Shown: positions 1 to 10,686, counted from the stretch's first letter. The stretch is 61,446 bases of DNA from Clostridiaceae bacterium DTU059 (GCA_001512555.1 LFSK01000156.1:2695-64140), one strand, 5' to 3'. Program-made: numbers and translations. The notes: a model not told the origin generated them from the sequence alone.

Positions 1-1215
1 ATCATAGGTATGTGGTTTGTGGGCTATGACAAGCAAAAAATGCTTGACACCGTCGACAATCATCTGGCGAGTATTTTCATATTTCAGTCCATAGGGCTTG
101 TGATTTTTGGGATCGTTGTCTATTTGTTTGGATCACGGCTTATTAAGCCTTTGAAGAATGTGACAGGGCATCTGGTCAAAATCTCAGAGGGCAGATTTGA
201 TCTGGAGATTCCGGATACCAGACTGAAGGATGAGATTGGTGACATCGTTAGGGCCTCGAGGGCTATGCAGAATTCCACACGGAATATAATAAAAACCATC
301 CTGGAAGAATCTGAGAGCATTGATGAAGTAATTATGGCCACAGTGAAAAATATGAATGATCTCAAGAAAGATATGCAGGAAGCCTCCGCCACCACGGAGC
401 AGCTCTCTGCCGGGATGCAGGAAACTGCAGCCTCACTTCAGGAAATGAATGCAACATCTGTACAGATTGAGGCAGCGGTTGACAATATGGCAAAAAGAGC
501 CAGTGAAGGAAGCAGAACCGTAGAAGAAATAAAGATGCGTGCCGCGGACCTCAGACAAAAAGCGATAGAATCAAAAACAACTGCCCTTGAGCTTCTGGGC
601 CGGAGCCAAAAAGATCTGGAAACGGCCATTAAGAACTCTAGATCCATAGAACAGATACAACTGTTGACCGATGCAATTCTGGAGGTGGCAGTCCAGACAA
701 ATATGCTTTCACTGAATGCCGCCATAGAGGCTTCAAGAGCAGGGGAATATGGCACCGGCTTTGCAGTGGTGGCAGATGAGATCAGAAAGCTTGCCGAGGA
801 CTCCAAAAAGACTGTGGAGGAAATCCAGCAGGTTACCGGAACGGTAACCGAGGCTGTCGACAATCTTGTAAAGTGTTCGGAGAGCATCGTTGCCTTCATA
901 GGCGACAGGGTCGTTCATGACTATGACAATCTGGTTGAAACCGGCGAACGATATGATCTTGATGCCCGGTACGTAAACGATATGATGCAGGATGTCAGCT
1001 CCACATCAGAGCAGCTCATGGCTTCCATCAGTAATTTGATGAAGGCCATCAATGATGTGTCCATGGCAGCAAATGAAGGGGCCACGGGTACGTCACAACT
1101 GGCAGAAATGATTGCCCGCGTTGCCGATAAGAGCGGTGATGTTGTTGAGATGGCAGGAAAGGCTAACAGGAGTGTTACAACCCTGAAAGAATATGTCCAT
1201 AACTTTACAATATAG
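1..1215 (+). CDS. Methyl-accepting chemotaxis protein (5' truncated by window)
   Basis: TM helix, HAMP (DEIGDIVRA) and MCP signalling hairpin ([35 protein letters not shown]); frame is open from base 1. Confidence 0.93.
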   Translation: MIGMWFVGYDKQKMLDTVDNHLASIFIFQSIGLVIFGIVVYLFGSRLIKPLKNVTGHLVKISEGRFDLEIPDTRLKDEIGDIVRASRAMQNSTRNIIKTILEESESIDEVIMATVKNMNDLKKDMQEASATTEQLSAGMQETAASLQEMNATSVQIEAAVDNMAKRASEGSRTVEEIKMRAADLRQKAIESKTTALELLGRSQKDLETAIKNSRSIEQIQLLTDAILEVAVQTNMLSLNAAIEASRAGEYGTGFAVVADEIRKLAEDSKKTVEEIQQVTGTVTEAVDNLVKCSESIVAFIGDRVVHDYDNLVETGERYDLDARYVNDMMQDVSSTSEQLMASISNLMKAINDVSMAANEGATGTSQLAEMIARVADKSGDVVEMAGKANRSVTTLKEYVHNFTI

Positions 1216-1270
1216 CAAGCTGCGCAGACGCCACTCTTCATGGAAAGGCCGAAAACATGCCGTTTTAGCT

Positions 1271-1306
1271 AAAGGCATATGGAGAAAAACTCCATGTGCC
1301 TTTTTT
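1271..1306 (+). terminator. Intrinsic terminator after MCP
   Basis: aaaggcatatggag-aaaaa-ctccatgtgccttt stem followed by a T run. Confidence 0.8.
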
Positions 1307-1325
1307 ATTTGAGCCAATAGTTCTA

Positions 1326-1354
1326 TTGTGTTCCGTACATATGTTCGGTATAAT
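1326..1354 (+). promoter_or_regulatory. SigA promoter with LexA/SOS box upstream of uvrA
   Basis: ttgtgt-N17-tataat; cGTACatatGTTCg (1334-1347) matches the Firmicute GAAC-N4-GTTC box with 1 mismatch and lies in the spacer. Confidence 0.7.
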
Positions 1355-1426
1355 AAGTATGCCTTAAGAAGGTAAGGAAAGAATATATACTATGTCACAT
1401 GTAGAGATAAAAAGGAAGAAATAATC

Positions 1427-4267
1427 ATGAAGAACAATATCATAGTAAGAGGTGCCTGCGAACATAATCTTAAAAACATCGATGTTGAAATACCACGGGA
1501 TAAGCTTGTTGTGATTACAGGGATAAGTGGTTCAGGTAAATCATCACTTGCCTTTGATACCATTTATGCAGAGGGACAGAGACGCTACATGGAGTCCCTC
1601 TCCTCTTATGCACGGCAGTTTCTGGGGCTGATGGAGAAACCCGATGTGGAGTCCATAGATGGGCTTTCACCGGCAATATCCATAGACCAGAAGACAACCT
1701 CCAGGAACCCCCGTTCCACCGTGGGAACCGTTACCGAGATCTACGACTATTTCAGATTGATGTTTGCGAGGATAGGTGTTCCCCATTGTCCCGAATGCGG
1801 CTTGGAGATCTCCCAGCAGTCGGTGGATCAGATGGTTGATGCGGTTATGACCCTGGAAGAAGGAACGCGTATCCAGGTTCTGGCGCCCGTTGTCCGGGGA
1901 AGAAAAGGCGAGTATACAAAACTCATCCAGGATGCCAGAAAAAACGGGTATATCCGAATCCGGATTGACGGAGAGGTTATGGAAATAGAGGATGAGATCC
2001 GTCTTGATAAAAACAGGAAGCATACCATTGAAATAGTGGTGGACAGACTCATCATCCGCAAAGGAATTCAAAAGCGGCTCACTGATTCAATAGAAAGTGC
2101 ATTGAATCTGGCTGGCGGTCTTCTGATCATAGATGTCATGGGCAAGGAAGAGTTGCTGTTCAGTCAGAACTATGCCTGTCCGGATTGCGGCATCAGCATT
2201 GAGGAGCTTACACCGCGGATGTTTTCCTTCAACAACCCTTACGGTGCCTGTCCCGATTGTGACGGACTTGGCATGTTGCTCAGGATAGATCCGGATCTGG
2301 TGATTCCTGACAGAACCAAATCCATGGCAGAGGGAGCCATTGCAAGCGGAGGCTTTAATTTCACCAACGGGGATAGCTACGGACGGATGTATCTAGATGC
2401 CATGGCCAAGCACTATGGTTTCAGCGTTGATACTCCCGTGAAAGATCTGCCGGAAAAGACCCTGAACAAGATCCTCTATGGCACCGGAAAAGAGAAAATC
2501 CGGGTGGAGTATGACAGGGGATACGGAAAAGAGAGCTTTATGAGTACTTTCGAGGGGATTATCAACAGCATGGAAAGGCGTTACCGGGAGACCAAATCCA
2601 ATACCATGAGGGACTATTACGAATCCTTCATGAGCCAGACTCCCTGTCCGGGATGCCAGGGAAGGCGCCTTAAAAAAGAAAGCCTTGCGGTTACTGTGGG
2701 AGGGAAGAATATCCACGAAATCACCCTCATGTCGGTTCGGGAATGTATGGATTTTTTCCAAAACCTGAATCTGGGAACCAGGGATGCCACAATAGCCGCA
2801 CAGATCCTCAAAGAGATCAAAGCGCGCCTTAAGTTTCTGGTGGATGTGGGTCTGGACTATCTGACCCTTTCCCGTGCTGCAGGTACCCTGTCCGGCGGTG
2901 AGGCACAGCGCATCAGACTGGCGACCCAGATAGGCTCCGGGCTGATGGGAGTTCTGTATATACTTGACGAACCCAGTATCGGGCTTCATCAGCGCGACAA
3001 CGAGCGTCTTCTTGCAACCCTCAGGCGTCTGAGGGATCTGGGGAACACGCTGCTGGTGGTGGAGCATGATGAAGATACCATGTATGCGGCAGATCACATT
3101 ATCGATATGGGCCCCGGCGCGGGGGAGCATGGCGGGAAAATCATCGCACAGGGAAATGTTGAAGAGATCAAACAGAACCCTAACTCCATTACGGGGCGGT
3201 ACCTGAGTGGTGCTGTTAGAATAGAGGTGCCTCAAAAAAGGAGGGACTATAATGGGAAGGTCATCAGAATTTTGGGAGCTAAAGAGAACAATCTCAAGGA
3301 CATAGATGTGGATATCCCTCTCGGCGTCTTTACCTGTGTGACAGGAGTATCGGGTTCGGGAAAGAGCTCGCTGGTCAACGAGATACTCTACAAAAAACTT
3401 GCCAACAAGCTGAACCGTGCAAAAACCAAAGCCGGACAGCATCGGGATATGCTGGGTCTGGAACATCTGGACAAGGTGATAAATATTGACCAGTCACCCA
3501 TTGGAAGAACACCGCGTTCCAATCCAGCCACCTATACCGGGGTCTTCGATTTCATCCGCAGCTTATTTGCCGAGACCATGGACGCCAAGATGAAGGGTTA
3601 TAAACCCGGGCGCTTCAGTTTCAACGTCAGAGGAGGCAGATGCGAGGCATGTACCGGTGACGGTATCATCAAGATCGAAATGCACTTTCTCCCCGATGTT
3701 TATGTACCCTGTGAGGTGTGCAAGGGTAAGCGATACAACCGTGAAACACTTGATGTGAAGTACAAGGGGAAAAGCATTGCTGATGTGTTGGATATGACGG
3801 TGGACGAAGCCCTGGAGTTCTTCGAAAACATACCCAGAATTCAGAGAAAGATGCAGACCCTGCATGAAGTAGGTCTTGGCTATATCCGCCTGGGACAGTC
3901 CGCCACCACCCTTTCAGGAGGCGAGGCTCAGCGTGTTAAGCTGGCAACCGAGTTGTCCAGAAAAGCTACCGGCAAAACCATGTATATTCTGGATGAGCCC
4001 ACCACCGGCCTTCATATGGCCGATGTCCACAAGCTTATTCAGGTTCTGCAACAGCTGGTGGATGCAGGTAATACTGTGGTGGTCATTGAGCATAATCTGG
4101 ATGTTATAAAGACCGCCGATCATATCATTGATCTGGGTCCGGAGGGCGGTGACAGGGGAGGACAGCTTGTGGCCTGTGGACGACCTGAAGAAATTGCTGA
4201 GGTGGAGAATTCCTACACCGGACACTTTTTGAAGAAACTGCTGTCCGGAAACCAGAAAAAGGCCTGA
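1427..4267 (+). CDS. uvrA: Excinuclease ABC subunit A
   Basis: Two ABC ATPase modules ([26 protein letters not shown]), CxxC zinc fingers, 946 aa. Confidence 0.98.
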   Translation: MKNNIIVRGACEHNLKNIDVEIPRDKLVVITGISGSGKSSLAFDTIYAEGQRRYMESLSSYARQFLGLMEKPDVESIDGLSPAISIDQKTTSRNPRSTVGTVTEIYDYFRLMFARIGVPHCPECGLEISQQSVDQMVDAVMTLEEGTRIQVLAPVVRGRKGEYTKLIQDARKNGYIRIRIDGEVMEIEDEIRLDKNRKHTIEIVVDRLIIRKGIQKRLTDSIESALNLAGGLLIIDVMGKEELLFSQNYACPDCGISIEELTPRMFSFNNPYGACPDCDGLGMLLRIDPDLVIPDRTKSMAEGAIASGGFNFTNGDSYGRMYLDAMAKHYGFSVDTPVKDLPEKTLNKILYGTGKEKIRVEYDRGYGKESFMSTFEGIINSMERRYRETKSNTMRDYYESFMSQTPCPGCQGRRLKKESLAVTVGGKNIHEITLMSVRECMDFFQNLNLGTRDATIAAQILKEIKARLKFLVDVGLDYLTLSRAAGTLSGGEAQRIRLATQIGSGLMGVLYILDEPSIGLHQRDNERLLATLRRLRDLGNTLLVVEHDEDTMYAADHIIDMGPGAGEHGGKIIAQGNVEEIKQNPNSITGRYLSGAVRIEVPQKRRDYNGKVIRILGAKENNLKDIDVDIPLGVFTCVTGVSGSGKSSLVNEILYKKLANKLNRAKTKAGQHRDMLGLEHLDKVINIDQSPIGRTPRSNPATYTGVFDFIRSLFAETMDAKMKGYKPGRFSFNVRGGRCEACTGDGIIKIEMHFLPDVYVPCEVCKGKRYNRETLDVKYKGKSIADVLDMTVDEALEFFENIPRIQRKMQTLHEVGLGYIRLGQSATTLSGGEAQRVKLATELSRKATGKTMYILDEPTTGLHMADVHKLIQVLQQLVDAGNTVVVIEHNLDVIKTADHIIDLGPEGGDRGGQLVACGRPEEIAEVENSYTGHFLKKLLSGNQKKA

Positions 4268-4417
4268 GCAGTGGGAATATAACCCACAGAGGATTACAAT
4301 CCTCTCTTGTTTCTGGTACAATCAGATGAAGGAGCTTGAATGCTTCAGCCGGCTTGCCATACACGTAACAGGGAATAACGGCAGGCCGGCTTTGCATCTA
4401 AATGGAGGGAAGCGGCT

Positions 4418-6286
4418 ATGTTTCGCAGATCAAGTATTCTTGTGTCATTATTGCTTGTCATGACCATGGCTGTTACGGGATGCGGAAGATACACTGTGGA
4501 GGAGAGCGGGACACGCAACAGCGAATTGCCTTTAGCCACCGGGAGCCCGGAACCCACTGTTGAGCCCCCTGCTGCCGATGAAAAGACTGAGTCTGAAGGC
4601 GAATTGACGCCCTTTGCCCAGAACCGGGGATTTGACCTGGTCTATGGGTACATGGACGAAGCGGGTAATGTGGTCATTCCGCCCCAGTATGGCAGTGCTG
4701 AGCCCTTCTTCGCATGCGGCCTGGCCATTGTCGGTGATACCAACGGCAAACTGGGGCTTATAGACAGGACAGGAGAATTCGTGGTAAGTCCGGAGGCCGA
4801 TTTCATCACCTATGGCGATGGTGTGTTTATCGCGCAGATCTATGGCGAAGGCACCATTGCCCGAGCCTATGACGAAAACGGAGAATTCCTGTTTGAGAAG
4901 CCCGATTATATTTATCCTTTCAGCGACGGGCTGTCCAGAGTGTATAGGGAAGATGGATCCGCAGGTTATATCGATAAAAGCGGGAACATGGTTTTGGAAC
5001 TCCCCTATAAGGAATTTAGTATTTTTCTCGATGGTGTGGCAAGGGTCTCAAATAAATACGGTGGTCCCACTATACTGATCGACAAACAGGGAAATGACCT
5101 TACCGACAAGCTTTCATCAGGTCTGCGCATGGTTGAGGAGAATAGTCTTTTTGGCTATGAGGATAAGGATGGGAACAGGGTCATTGAACCACGGTTCCGC
5201 ATTGCAGAACCCTTCAGGAATGGATTTGCCATTGTGGCTGTTGACGGGGTGAACACCTCCTACGGTATCATCGATACCCAGGGAAATTATGTGCTGGAGC
5301 CGGAGTACTGTGTCATCCGGAGAGCGCGCAACGGTTCATTTATAGTAGGTGAAAAGCTGAAAGGGGATCTATATATTCCGCCCATGTACGAGGAATATTC
5401 CAAAAAGGCTCTCTTCAGCAGTGATCTGAAAAGAAATACCGAATGGATCTTTGTGGAACTGGACAGCCTTGATGAGAAGTACACCTGTGTCAGTGACGGC
5501 AGCAGGATATACTATCTTGATGCCCAACTGAACAGGGCGACCCATCTGCCGGAATTCAGCGGCCGTGGGCTCATGCTGGCTGACGGGTCCAGGCTCAGAG
5601 GAACCATCGACGGCCATATAACGGTAGCCGACCGGGCAGGGAACATCCTCATGAGGGACGAGGGGCTTACTTTGCTGGAGGGCGGAGTCAGAACCCGTAC
5701 TATCACCTGGTACCCTCATGATTGTTCCGCCATCACTTACACGGTTCTTGAAGGGTTGGAGGATACCGGGCTTCAGGATGAGCTGAACCGGATCATAGAA
5801 GAGGAAGCAAAGGGGTACTGGAGTTACCAGGAGCCCGATGCCGAAGACCCATATTTCTTCCCGATCCTCGACGTGAACTGCTCGGTGATGATCAATAAGG
5901 ACTTAATGCATATCGAACTGGGAGTTTATGAGTACTGGCTTGGTGCGGCTCACGGCGGATATTACTGGGGTAATACATATGTCAATACCCGGGACGGAAA
6001 GATCTATACAATTGATGATCTCTTCATATCACCGGAGGCAGGACGCAAACGTTTGAGCGAGAAGGTGACCGAGGGTATGCAGGAAGAACCGGAAAGATAT
6101 TTTCAGGATTATGTTGAACCGGAGCAGATACAGACTTTCCATCTGGAGAATGACGGATTGATCATTTACTTTGGGGAATATGAAATTGCCCCCTATGCGG
6201 CCGGACTGCCCGAGTTCTATATTCCATTTTCGGAGATCATGGATCTCATTGATACCCAGGGTGATTTCTGGAAAGCATTTAATTGA
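4418..6286 (+). CDS. Lipoprotein with WG-type beta repeats and C-terminal RsiV/PdaC-like (DUF4163/DUF3298) domain
   Basis: Lipobox VTGC; repeats such as YGYMDEAGNVVIPPQY and FGYEDKDGNRVIEPRF; C-terminal GAAHG and FGEYEIAPYAAGLPEFYIP motifs. Confidence 0.8.
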   Translation: MFRRSSILVSLLLVMTMAVTGCGRYTVEESGTRNSELPLATGSPEPTVEPPAADEKTESEGELTPFAQNRGFDLVYGYMDEAGNVVIPPQYGSAEPFFACGLAIVGDTNGKLGLIDRTGEFVVSPEADFITYGDGVFIAQIYGEGTIARAYDENGEFLFEKPDYIYPFSDGLSRVYREDGSAGYIDKSGNMVLELPYKEFSIFLDGVARVSNKYGGPTILIDKQGNDLTDKLSSGLRMVEENSLFGYEDKDGNRVIEPRFRIAEPFRNGFAIVAVDGVNTSYGIIDTQGNYVLEPEYCVIRRARNGSFIVGEKLKGDLYIPPMYEEYSKKALFSSDLKRNTEWIFVELDSLDEKYTCVSDGSRIYYLDAQLNRATHLPEFSGRGLMLADGSRLRGTIDGHITVADRAGNILMRDEGLTLLEGGVRTRTITWYPHDCSAITYTVLEGLEDTGLQDELNRIIEEEAKGYWSYQEPDAEDPYFFPILDVNCSVMINKDLMHIELGVYEYWLGAAHGGYYWGNTYVNTRDGKIYTIDDLFISPEAGRKRLSEKVTEGMQEEPERYFQDYVEPEQIQTFHLENDGLIIYFGEYEIAPYAAGLPEFYIPFSEIMDLIDTQGDFWKAFN

Positions 6287-6292
6287 TAAGGT

Positions 6293-6327
6293 GGAACCGG
6301 AAGCGTGCTTCCGGTTTCCTGATTTTT
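6293..6327 (+). terminator. Probable terminator after lipoprotein gene
   Basis: ggaaccggaagc-gt-gcttccggtttcc hairpin followed by tgattttt. Confidence 0.6.
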
Positions 6328-6418
6328 GAGCCGGAGCTTGCCGGCGGGTATCCGCACTCCATGCGGCGGGAGTGGCCGGAAGCCCTGGAGTGTGTGATGG
6401 ATTCATAAAACTAACCAA

Positions 6419-6447
6419 TTGAATTATAGGGCGTAAAAGTTTATAAT
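6419..6447 (+). promoter_or_regulatory. SigA promoter of homocysteine operon
   Basis: ttgaat-N17-tataat. Confidence 0.65.
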
Positions 6448-6496
6448 TGGGTTTAACTCTTGGTAAGAGACAATTTGGTGTATGGTGGGGTTAGCT

Positions 6497-7645
6497 ATGA
6501 AAACAATTGCAGAAATCAATGAGCGAATAAAGAACCGCAAGGCCGTGGTTGTCACTGCTGAAGAGATCATCGATCTTGTGGAGGAGAAGGGCATCAAGAA
6601 GGCTGCTCAGGAAGTGGATGTGGTGACCACGGGAACCTTTGGACCCATGTGCTCCAGCGGTATGTTCATCAATTTTGGTCACTCCAAGCCGGGCATAAAG
6701 ATGACCAGAACCTGGCTCAACGATGTTCCTGTCTTCTCCGGCATTGCTGCAGTTGATGCCTATGTGGGAGCTACCGAATTATCGGAGCGCCAGGGCATGC
6801 AGTATGGCGGCGCCCATGTCATACAGGACTTTATAGAGGGCAAGGATATCCGCCTTTATGCAGAAAGCCGCGGGACGGACTGTTATCCCAGGCGTGAAAT
6901 CAGAACCACCATCAATAAAAACAACGTGAATCAAGCTTATCTTTTCAACCCGAGGAACTGTTACCAGAACTATCCTGCTGCCACCAATTCTTCGGATAGA
7001 ATCATGTACACCTATATGGGCACCCTTTTGCCCAACTTTGGCAATGTTACCTACTCCACATCCGGTGAACTGAGTCCATTGATGAATGATCCGGAATACC
7101 GGACCATAGGTATCGGCACCCGCATATTTCTCGGGGGTACCCAGGGCTTTATAGCCTGGGAGGGGACCCAGCATGATCCCGGACAGGAACGCCTTGAAAA
7201 CGGGACTCCCGTTAGTCTTGCGGCTACCCTGGCTCTGATCGGAGACGCCAAGAAGATGAGCAGCAGATACATCAGGGCGGCTGTCTATGACCGGTATGGC
7301 GTGAGTCTGTTTGTGGGAGTGGGGATACCAATTCCCATACTGGATGAGGATATGCTGATAAGGACTGCAGTCAGAAACAGGGATATCGTGACCACTCTGG
7401 TGGATAAGAGCGGCCGTGAGGATTTGGGAATACGTCTGAGCTATGAGACCCTGCGCAGCGGTTGGGTTGAAATAAAGGGCAGGCAGGTACCCACCGCACC
7501 TCTGTCCAGCCTGAAGATGGCTCGTGAAATAGCGGGCGAACTGAAAAACTGGATAGTAAGCGGTAATTTCATTTTGAGCGAGCCGGTTGAAAAGCTCCCT
7601 TACAGGAAGGAAAGGCTCAACAGCCTTGAAATCAGGGGTGAATAG
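6497..7645 (+). CDS. Homocysteine biosynthesis protein (DUF39 / L-aspartate semialdehyde sulfurtransferase family)
   Basis: KTIAEINERI...VDVVTTGTFGPMCSSG, TDCYPR and NPRNCYQNY motifs typical of DUF39; no C-terminal CBS domains. Confidence 0.88.
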   Translation: MKTIAEINERIKNRKAVVVTAEEIIDLVEEKGIKKAAQEVDVVTTGTFGPMCSSGMFINFGHSKPGIKMTRTWLNDVPVFSGIAAVDAYVGATELSERQGMQYGGAHVIQDFIEGKDIRLYAESRGTDCYPRREIRTTINKNNVNQAYLFNPRNCYQNYPAATNSSDRIMYTYMGTLLPNFGNVTYSTSGELSPLMNDPEYRTIGIGTRIFLGGTQGFIAWEGTQHDPGQERLENGTPVSLAATLALIGDAKKMSSRYIRAAVYDRYGVSLFVGVGIPIPILDEDMLIRTAVRNRDIVTTLVDKSGREDLGIRLSYETLRSGWVEIKGRQVPTAPLSSLKMAREIAGELKNWIVSGNFILSEPVEKLPYRKERLNSLEIRGE

Positions 7646-7659
7646 GTGGAGGTTTGTCT

Positions 7660-8067
7660 ATGAAAACCATTAAAATAAGTATATATTATCCTTTAAATAA
7701 GATTACGGTACCCCTTGTCAGCACATTGATCAAGGAGTTTGACCTGCAGGTTAACATCCTGCATGCCGATATCAGCCTCAACAAAACAGGAAAACTGGTG
7801 GCAGATGTATCAGGGGAAGAACAGAACCTGGATGACGCCCTTAAGTTCATTGAGGAACAGGGCATTGGATACAGGCTGTTTAATAAAAAACTGATATGGC
7901 ATGAAGAATTATGCGTTCACTGTGGGGCATGTACGGCGGTCTGCCCTTCCCATGCCCTGACCATGTCGGGTGAGACCTGGAGCCTGGAATTCCACAAGGA
8001 GAAATGCCTGGTATGCGGATTGTGCACCAAGGCATGCCCTCTTAACGTTATGAGCCTTCAGGATTAA
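7660..8067 (+). CDS. NIL domain + 2[4Fe-4S] ferredoxin, partner of DUF39 enzyme
   Basis: VNIL motif; CVHCGACTAVCP and CLVCGLCTKACP; gene context. Confidence 0.88.
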   Translation: MKTIKISIYYPLNKITVPLVSTLIKEFDLQVNILHADISLNKTGKLVADVSGEEQNLDDALKFIEEQGIGYRLFNKKLIWHEELCVHCGACTAVCPSHALTMSGETWSLEFHKEKCLVCGLCTKACPLNVMSLQD

Positions 8068-8072
8068 GCGCT

Positions 8073-8795
8073 ATGGGTACCAGACGTTTTTACAGGGATA
8101 ACTATAACGCCGACAATCTCGTGTTCTTTAAAGCTGTGTTTGATGAAACTGACCTTTGTATCGGCGCCTGGACCGATCTGCGCAAAGAGGCTATTCAAGC
8201 CATAAGGGAATGCAGGAGCATAATTGAGGATTATATCAGAAAGCATCCTGAATTCTTTCATAGCCTGGAGCCGGTCGTTCCCCTCGCCGGTGCCCCGACA
8301 ATTGTGGCCGACATGTGCCAGGCGGCAAGGATAGCCGGCGTAGGCCCAATGGCTGCTGTAGCCGGAGCCGTTGCCAGGTTTGTGGGTGAAAGACTTCTTG
8401 AGAAGTCCGGCGAGGTCATCGTGGAAAATGGCGGTGACATATTCCTCCACAGCCGAAACGACAGGAGGATAGGGATATATGCAGGTAATTCTCCCTTGAG
8501 CGGCAAGATAGGACTTCTGGTGAGGAAGGAGATGTCCCCCTGTGGGATTTGTACCTCCTCGGGGACGGTGGGGCATTCCCTGAGTTTCGGCAAAGCGGAT
8601 GCGGCTGTGGTAGTGTCAAAGGATGTATCACTTGCCGATGCCTGTGCTACCGCATTGGGAAACAGGGTTAAGACACCGGAGGACGTTGAAGATGCACTCG
8701 ATTTTATAGCCGGCAAGCCGGGTGTGATGGGGGCATTGGTGATCATAGGAGAGTTTATAGGAGCCCTTGGCGATATAGAGCTGATAAGACTTTAG
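8073..8795 (+). CDS. UPF0280 / COG2122 ApbE-like protein
   Basis: GVGPMAAVAGA, ENGGDI, GICTSSGTVGHSLSFGKADA motifs. Confidence 0.88.
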   Translation: MGTRRFYRDNYNADNLVFFKAVFDETDLCIGAWTDLRKEAIQAIRECRSIIEDYIRKHPEFFHSLEPVVPLAGAPTIVADMCQAARIAGVGPMAAVAGAVARFVGERLLEKSGEVIVENGGDIFLHSRNDRRIGIYAGNSPLSGKIGLLVRKEMSPCGICTSSGTVGHSLSFGKADAAVVVSKDVSLADACATALGNRVKTPEDVEDALDFIAGKPGVMGALVIIGEFIGALGDIELIRL

Positions 8796-8808
8796 CTCAT
8801 CAGCAAAT

Positions 8809-8870
8809 AAAAAAAAGGCCAAACCACCGGGGGGTTAGGATTTAGTCTGGCCCAACAATCTTATGAATCT
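8809..8870 (-). ncRNA. Candidate small RNA with C-rich loop
   Basis: Minus-strand promoter tttaca-N17-tatcat (8905-8877), terminator ggccagac-loop-gtttggcc-U8, no CDS between them. Confidence 0.5.
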
Positions 8871-9157
8871 ATGCCTATGATATATTATTCACCAAGAGGT
8901 GTAAAGAATGACTGATTATTGGTCAGATCCAGCCCGGTGCATCGTTTTAGAGCCGTATAGAATCCTGGGGAAACCTGTTGAATACATCGAGTTTTTTAGC
9001 TGTCTTTGTCAATTTATGATAGTGATTCAAAGGATTCAGCGGTTTTTATTTCCCGGCGATGGCGTGCCGGTATACGACGGACGGTTCCGGCAGCCACAGT
9101 GTTGTAAACACAATAGTACTGATGTGGATTTGGATTATTTGATATGGGGTGTTAGTT

Positions 9158-9976
9158 ATGCAGCAGGGCAGAGAGATGTTGAAATCTGCAAAGAGGATCG
9201 TTATCAAGGTTGGCACATCAACGCTGACCCATGATAATGGGAAGATGAATCTTATGAGGATGGACAGGCTGGCACTGACCATCGCCGAACTGATGAATGA
9301 CAACAAGGAAGTTGTTCTCGTTTCTTCTGGAGCCATTGGTGTGGGGATGGGGAAGTTTAACCTGAGGAAACGGCCTGAAGTAATGGGTATGAAGCAGGCC
9401 CTGGCGGCCATTGGTCAATGTGAGCTGATGAATATCTACAGCCGCCTCTTCGCTGCCTACAACCACACCGTTGCCCAGGTTCTGCTGACCAAGGCCGATC
9501 TGGACGATGAGGTTAAAAAGATGAATGTTATGAATACTTTCAACAGCCTTATGGAGTTCGGGGTTCTTCCCATAGTCAATGAGAACGATACCGTATCCAT
9601 AGACGAGATAAAGCATTTGAACATGTTTGGCGATAATGATACCCTTTCGGCTGTGGTGGCCAAACTGATATCTGCTGATCTGTTGATAATTCTGTCCGAT
9701 ATCGACGGTCTTTATGATAAGAACCCCGGGAAGAACAAGGAGTGCAATCTGATATCGATTGTTGAGGATATTGATGATACAGTGCTGGGATATGCCGAAG
9801 GAAAGGGAACCAGCAGGGGAACCGGAGGAATGATTACCAAACTGGGTGCTGCCAAGATTGTCACAGAAGCCGGTGTCAACATGGTGATTGCCAACGGCAG
9901 GGATCCTGCCGCAGTTCTGGACATCCTGGAAGGAGAGAATATCGGTACCCTGTTTGTGAGAAAAGAGAAGAAGTGA
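9158..9976 (+). CDS. proB: Glutamate 5-kinase (no PUA domain)
   Basis: RIVIKVGTSTLT, VSSGAI, NENDTV, GDNDTLSA, GTGGMITK motifs; start may be 9158 or 9176. Confidence 0.95.
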   Translation: MQQGREMLKSAKRIVIKVGTSTLTHDNGKMNLMRMDRLALTIAELMNDNKEVVLVSSGAIGVGMGKFNLRKRPEVMGMKQALAAIGQCELMNIYSRLFAAYNHTVAQVLLTKADLDDEVKKMNVMNTFNSLMEFGVLPIVNENDTVSIDEIKHLNMFGDNDTLSAVVAKLISADLLIILSDIDGLYDKNPGKNKECNLISIVEDIDDTVLGYAEGKGTSRGTGGMITKLGAAKIVTEAGVNMVIANGRDPAAVLDILEGENIGTLFVRKEKK

Positions 9977-9989
9977 CATAAGAGTACAG

Positions 9990-10020
9990 AAAAGAGGCCT
10001 CACACAGCGGGCCTCTTTTT
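9990..10020. terminator. Bidirectional terminator between proB and hup
   Basis: aaaagaggcc...ggcctctttt between convergent genes. Confidence 0.85.
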
Positions 10021-10043
10021 ACTGCTTCCTGTATGGATTATGT

Positions 10044-10319
10044 TTAGCCGTTAACCTTGTCCTTCAGAGCCTTGCCTGCCTTGAAAACAGGGGCTTTGGA
10101 AGCAGGAATCATGATTTCTTCCTTGGTCTGCGGGTTACGGCCCTTCCTTGCGGCTCTCTCTTTTACCTCAAAGGTACCGAATCCGACAAGAACAACCTTT
10201 TCTTGTTTGGACAATGTGTCCTCAACAACAGAGATGAATGCATCGATAGCGGCTTCGCTATCCTTTTTGGTAAGACCGGATTGCTGTGCTACAGCACTTA
10301 TGAGTTCAGCCTTGTTCAT
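10044..10319 (-). CDS. hup: DNA-binding protein HU
   Basis: [31 protein letters not shown]. Confidence 0.97.
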   Translation of the reverse strand: MNKAELISAVAQQSGLTKKDSEAAIDAFISVVEDTLSKQEKVVLVGFGTFEVKERAARKGRNPQTKEEIMIPASKAPVFKAGKALKDKVNG

Positions 10320-10352
10320 AAGGAATTACCTCCTGCACAAAATTTCGTCATC

Positions 10353-10381
10353 ATTTTATAACGCGTTTTTGATAAAGTCAA
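10353..10381 (-). promoter_or_regulatory. SigA promoter of hup
   Basis: Minus strand ttgact-N17-taaaat. Confidence 0.65.
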
Positions 10382-10686
10382 GGATTTATGCATGTTTCCC
10401 ATAAAAGCTGGAGGCTGAAGACGCTCCAATTGCCAAATATAACCTGCAAAAGTACGCATTTACTCTCTGTCGTGTAATATGTGCTATCCAGGCTGTTTAT
10501 GGCACGGGCAGGCCTTGCAGGATCAAAGGGCAAAGCCTGTCAGGAAATGTTGCCAGAGGGCACAGACGTTTGATTATCCCTGAAAAAAATTATATAATCT
10601 ATATCAGTAATGGAGATTTGCCGGTCTTTGTCAGACACTCATCGGAGAAGGGATCAAATGGGCAGAACTTTGCGAGGGTTTTGAAT

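Noticed and set aside
2393-3466. 357-aa ORF antisense to uvrA, and similar ones opposite proB, rplC/D, rplF/R, rpsM/K and the ROK kinase
   Set aside because: They overlap well-supported conserved genes on the other strand; no independent evidence
6409-6432. CymR/Rrf2-like box over the homocysteine operon -35
   Set aside because: Only a partial match with off spacing in AT-rich DNA
8906-9157. Possible T-box or 108-aa ORF in the proB leader
   Set aside because: No GGTGGNACC T-box or terminator is visible; only one GC hairpin (~9060-9096); the ORF lacks an RBS and overlaps proB
10480-10680. Possible c-di-GMP-I riboswitch (ggcaaag motif) upstream of the hypothetical gene
   Set aside because: Lacks the paired GGCAAAC..GAAA and GACGCAAAG architecture
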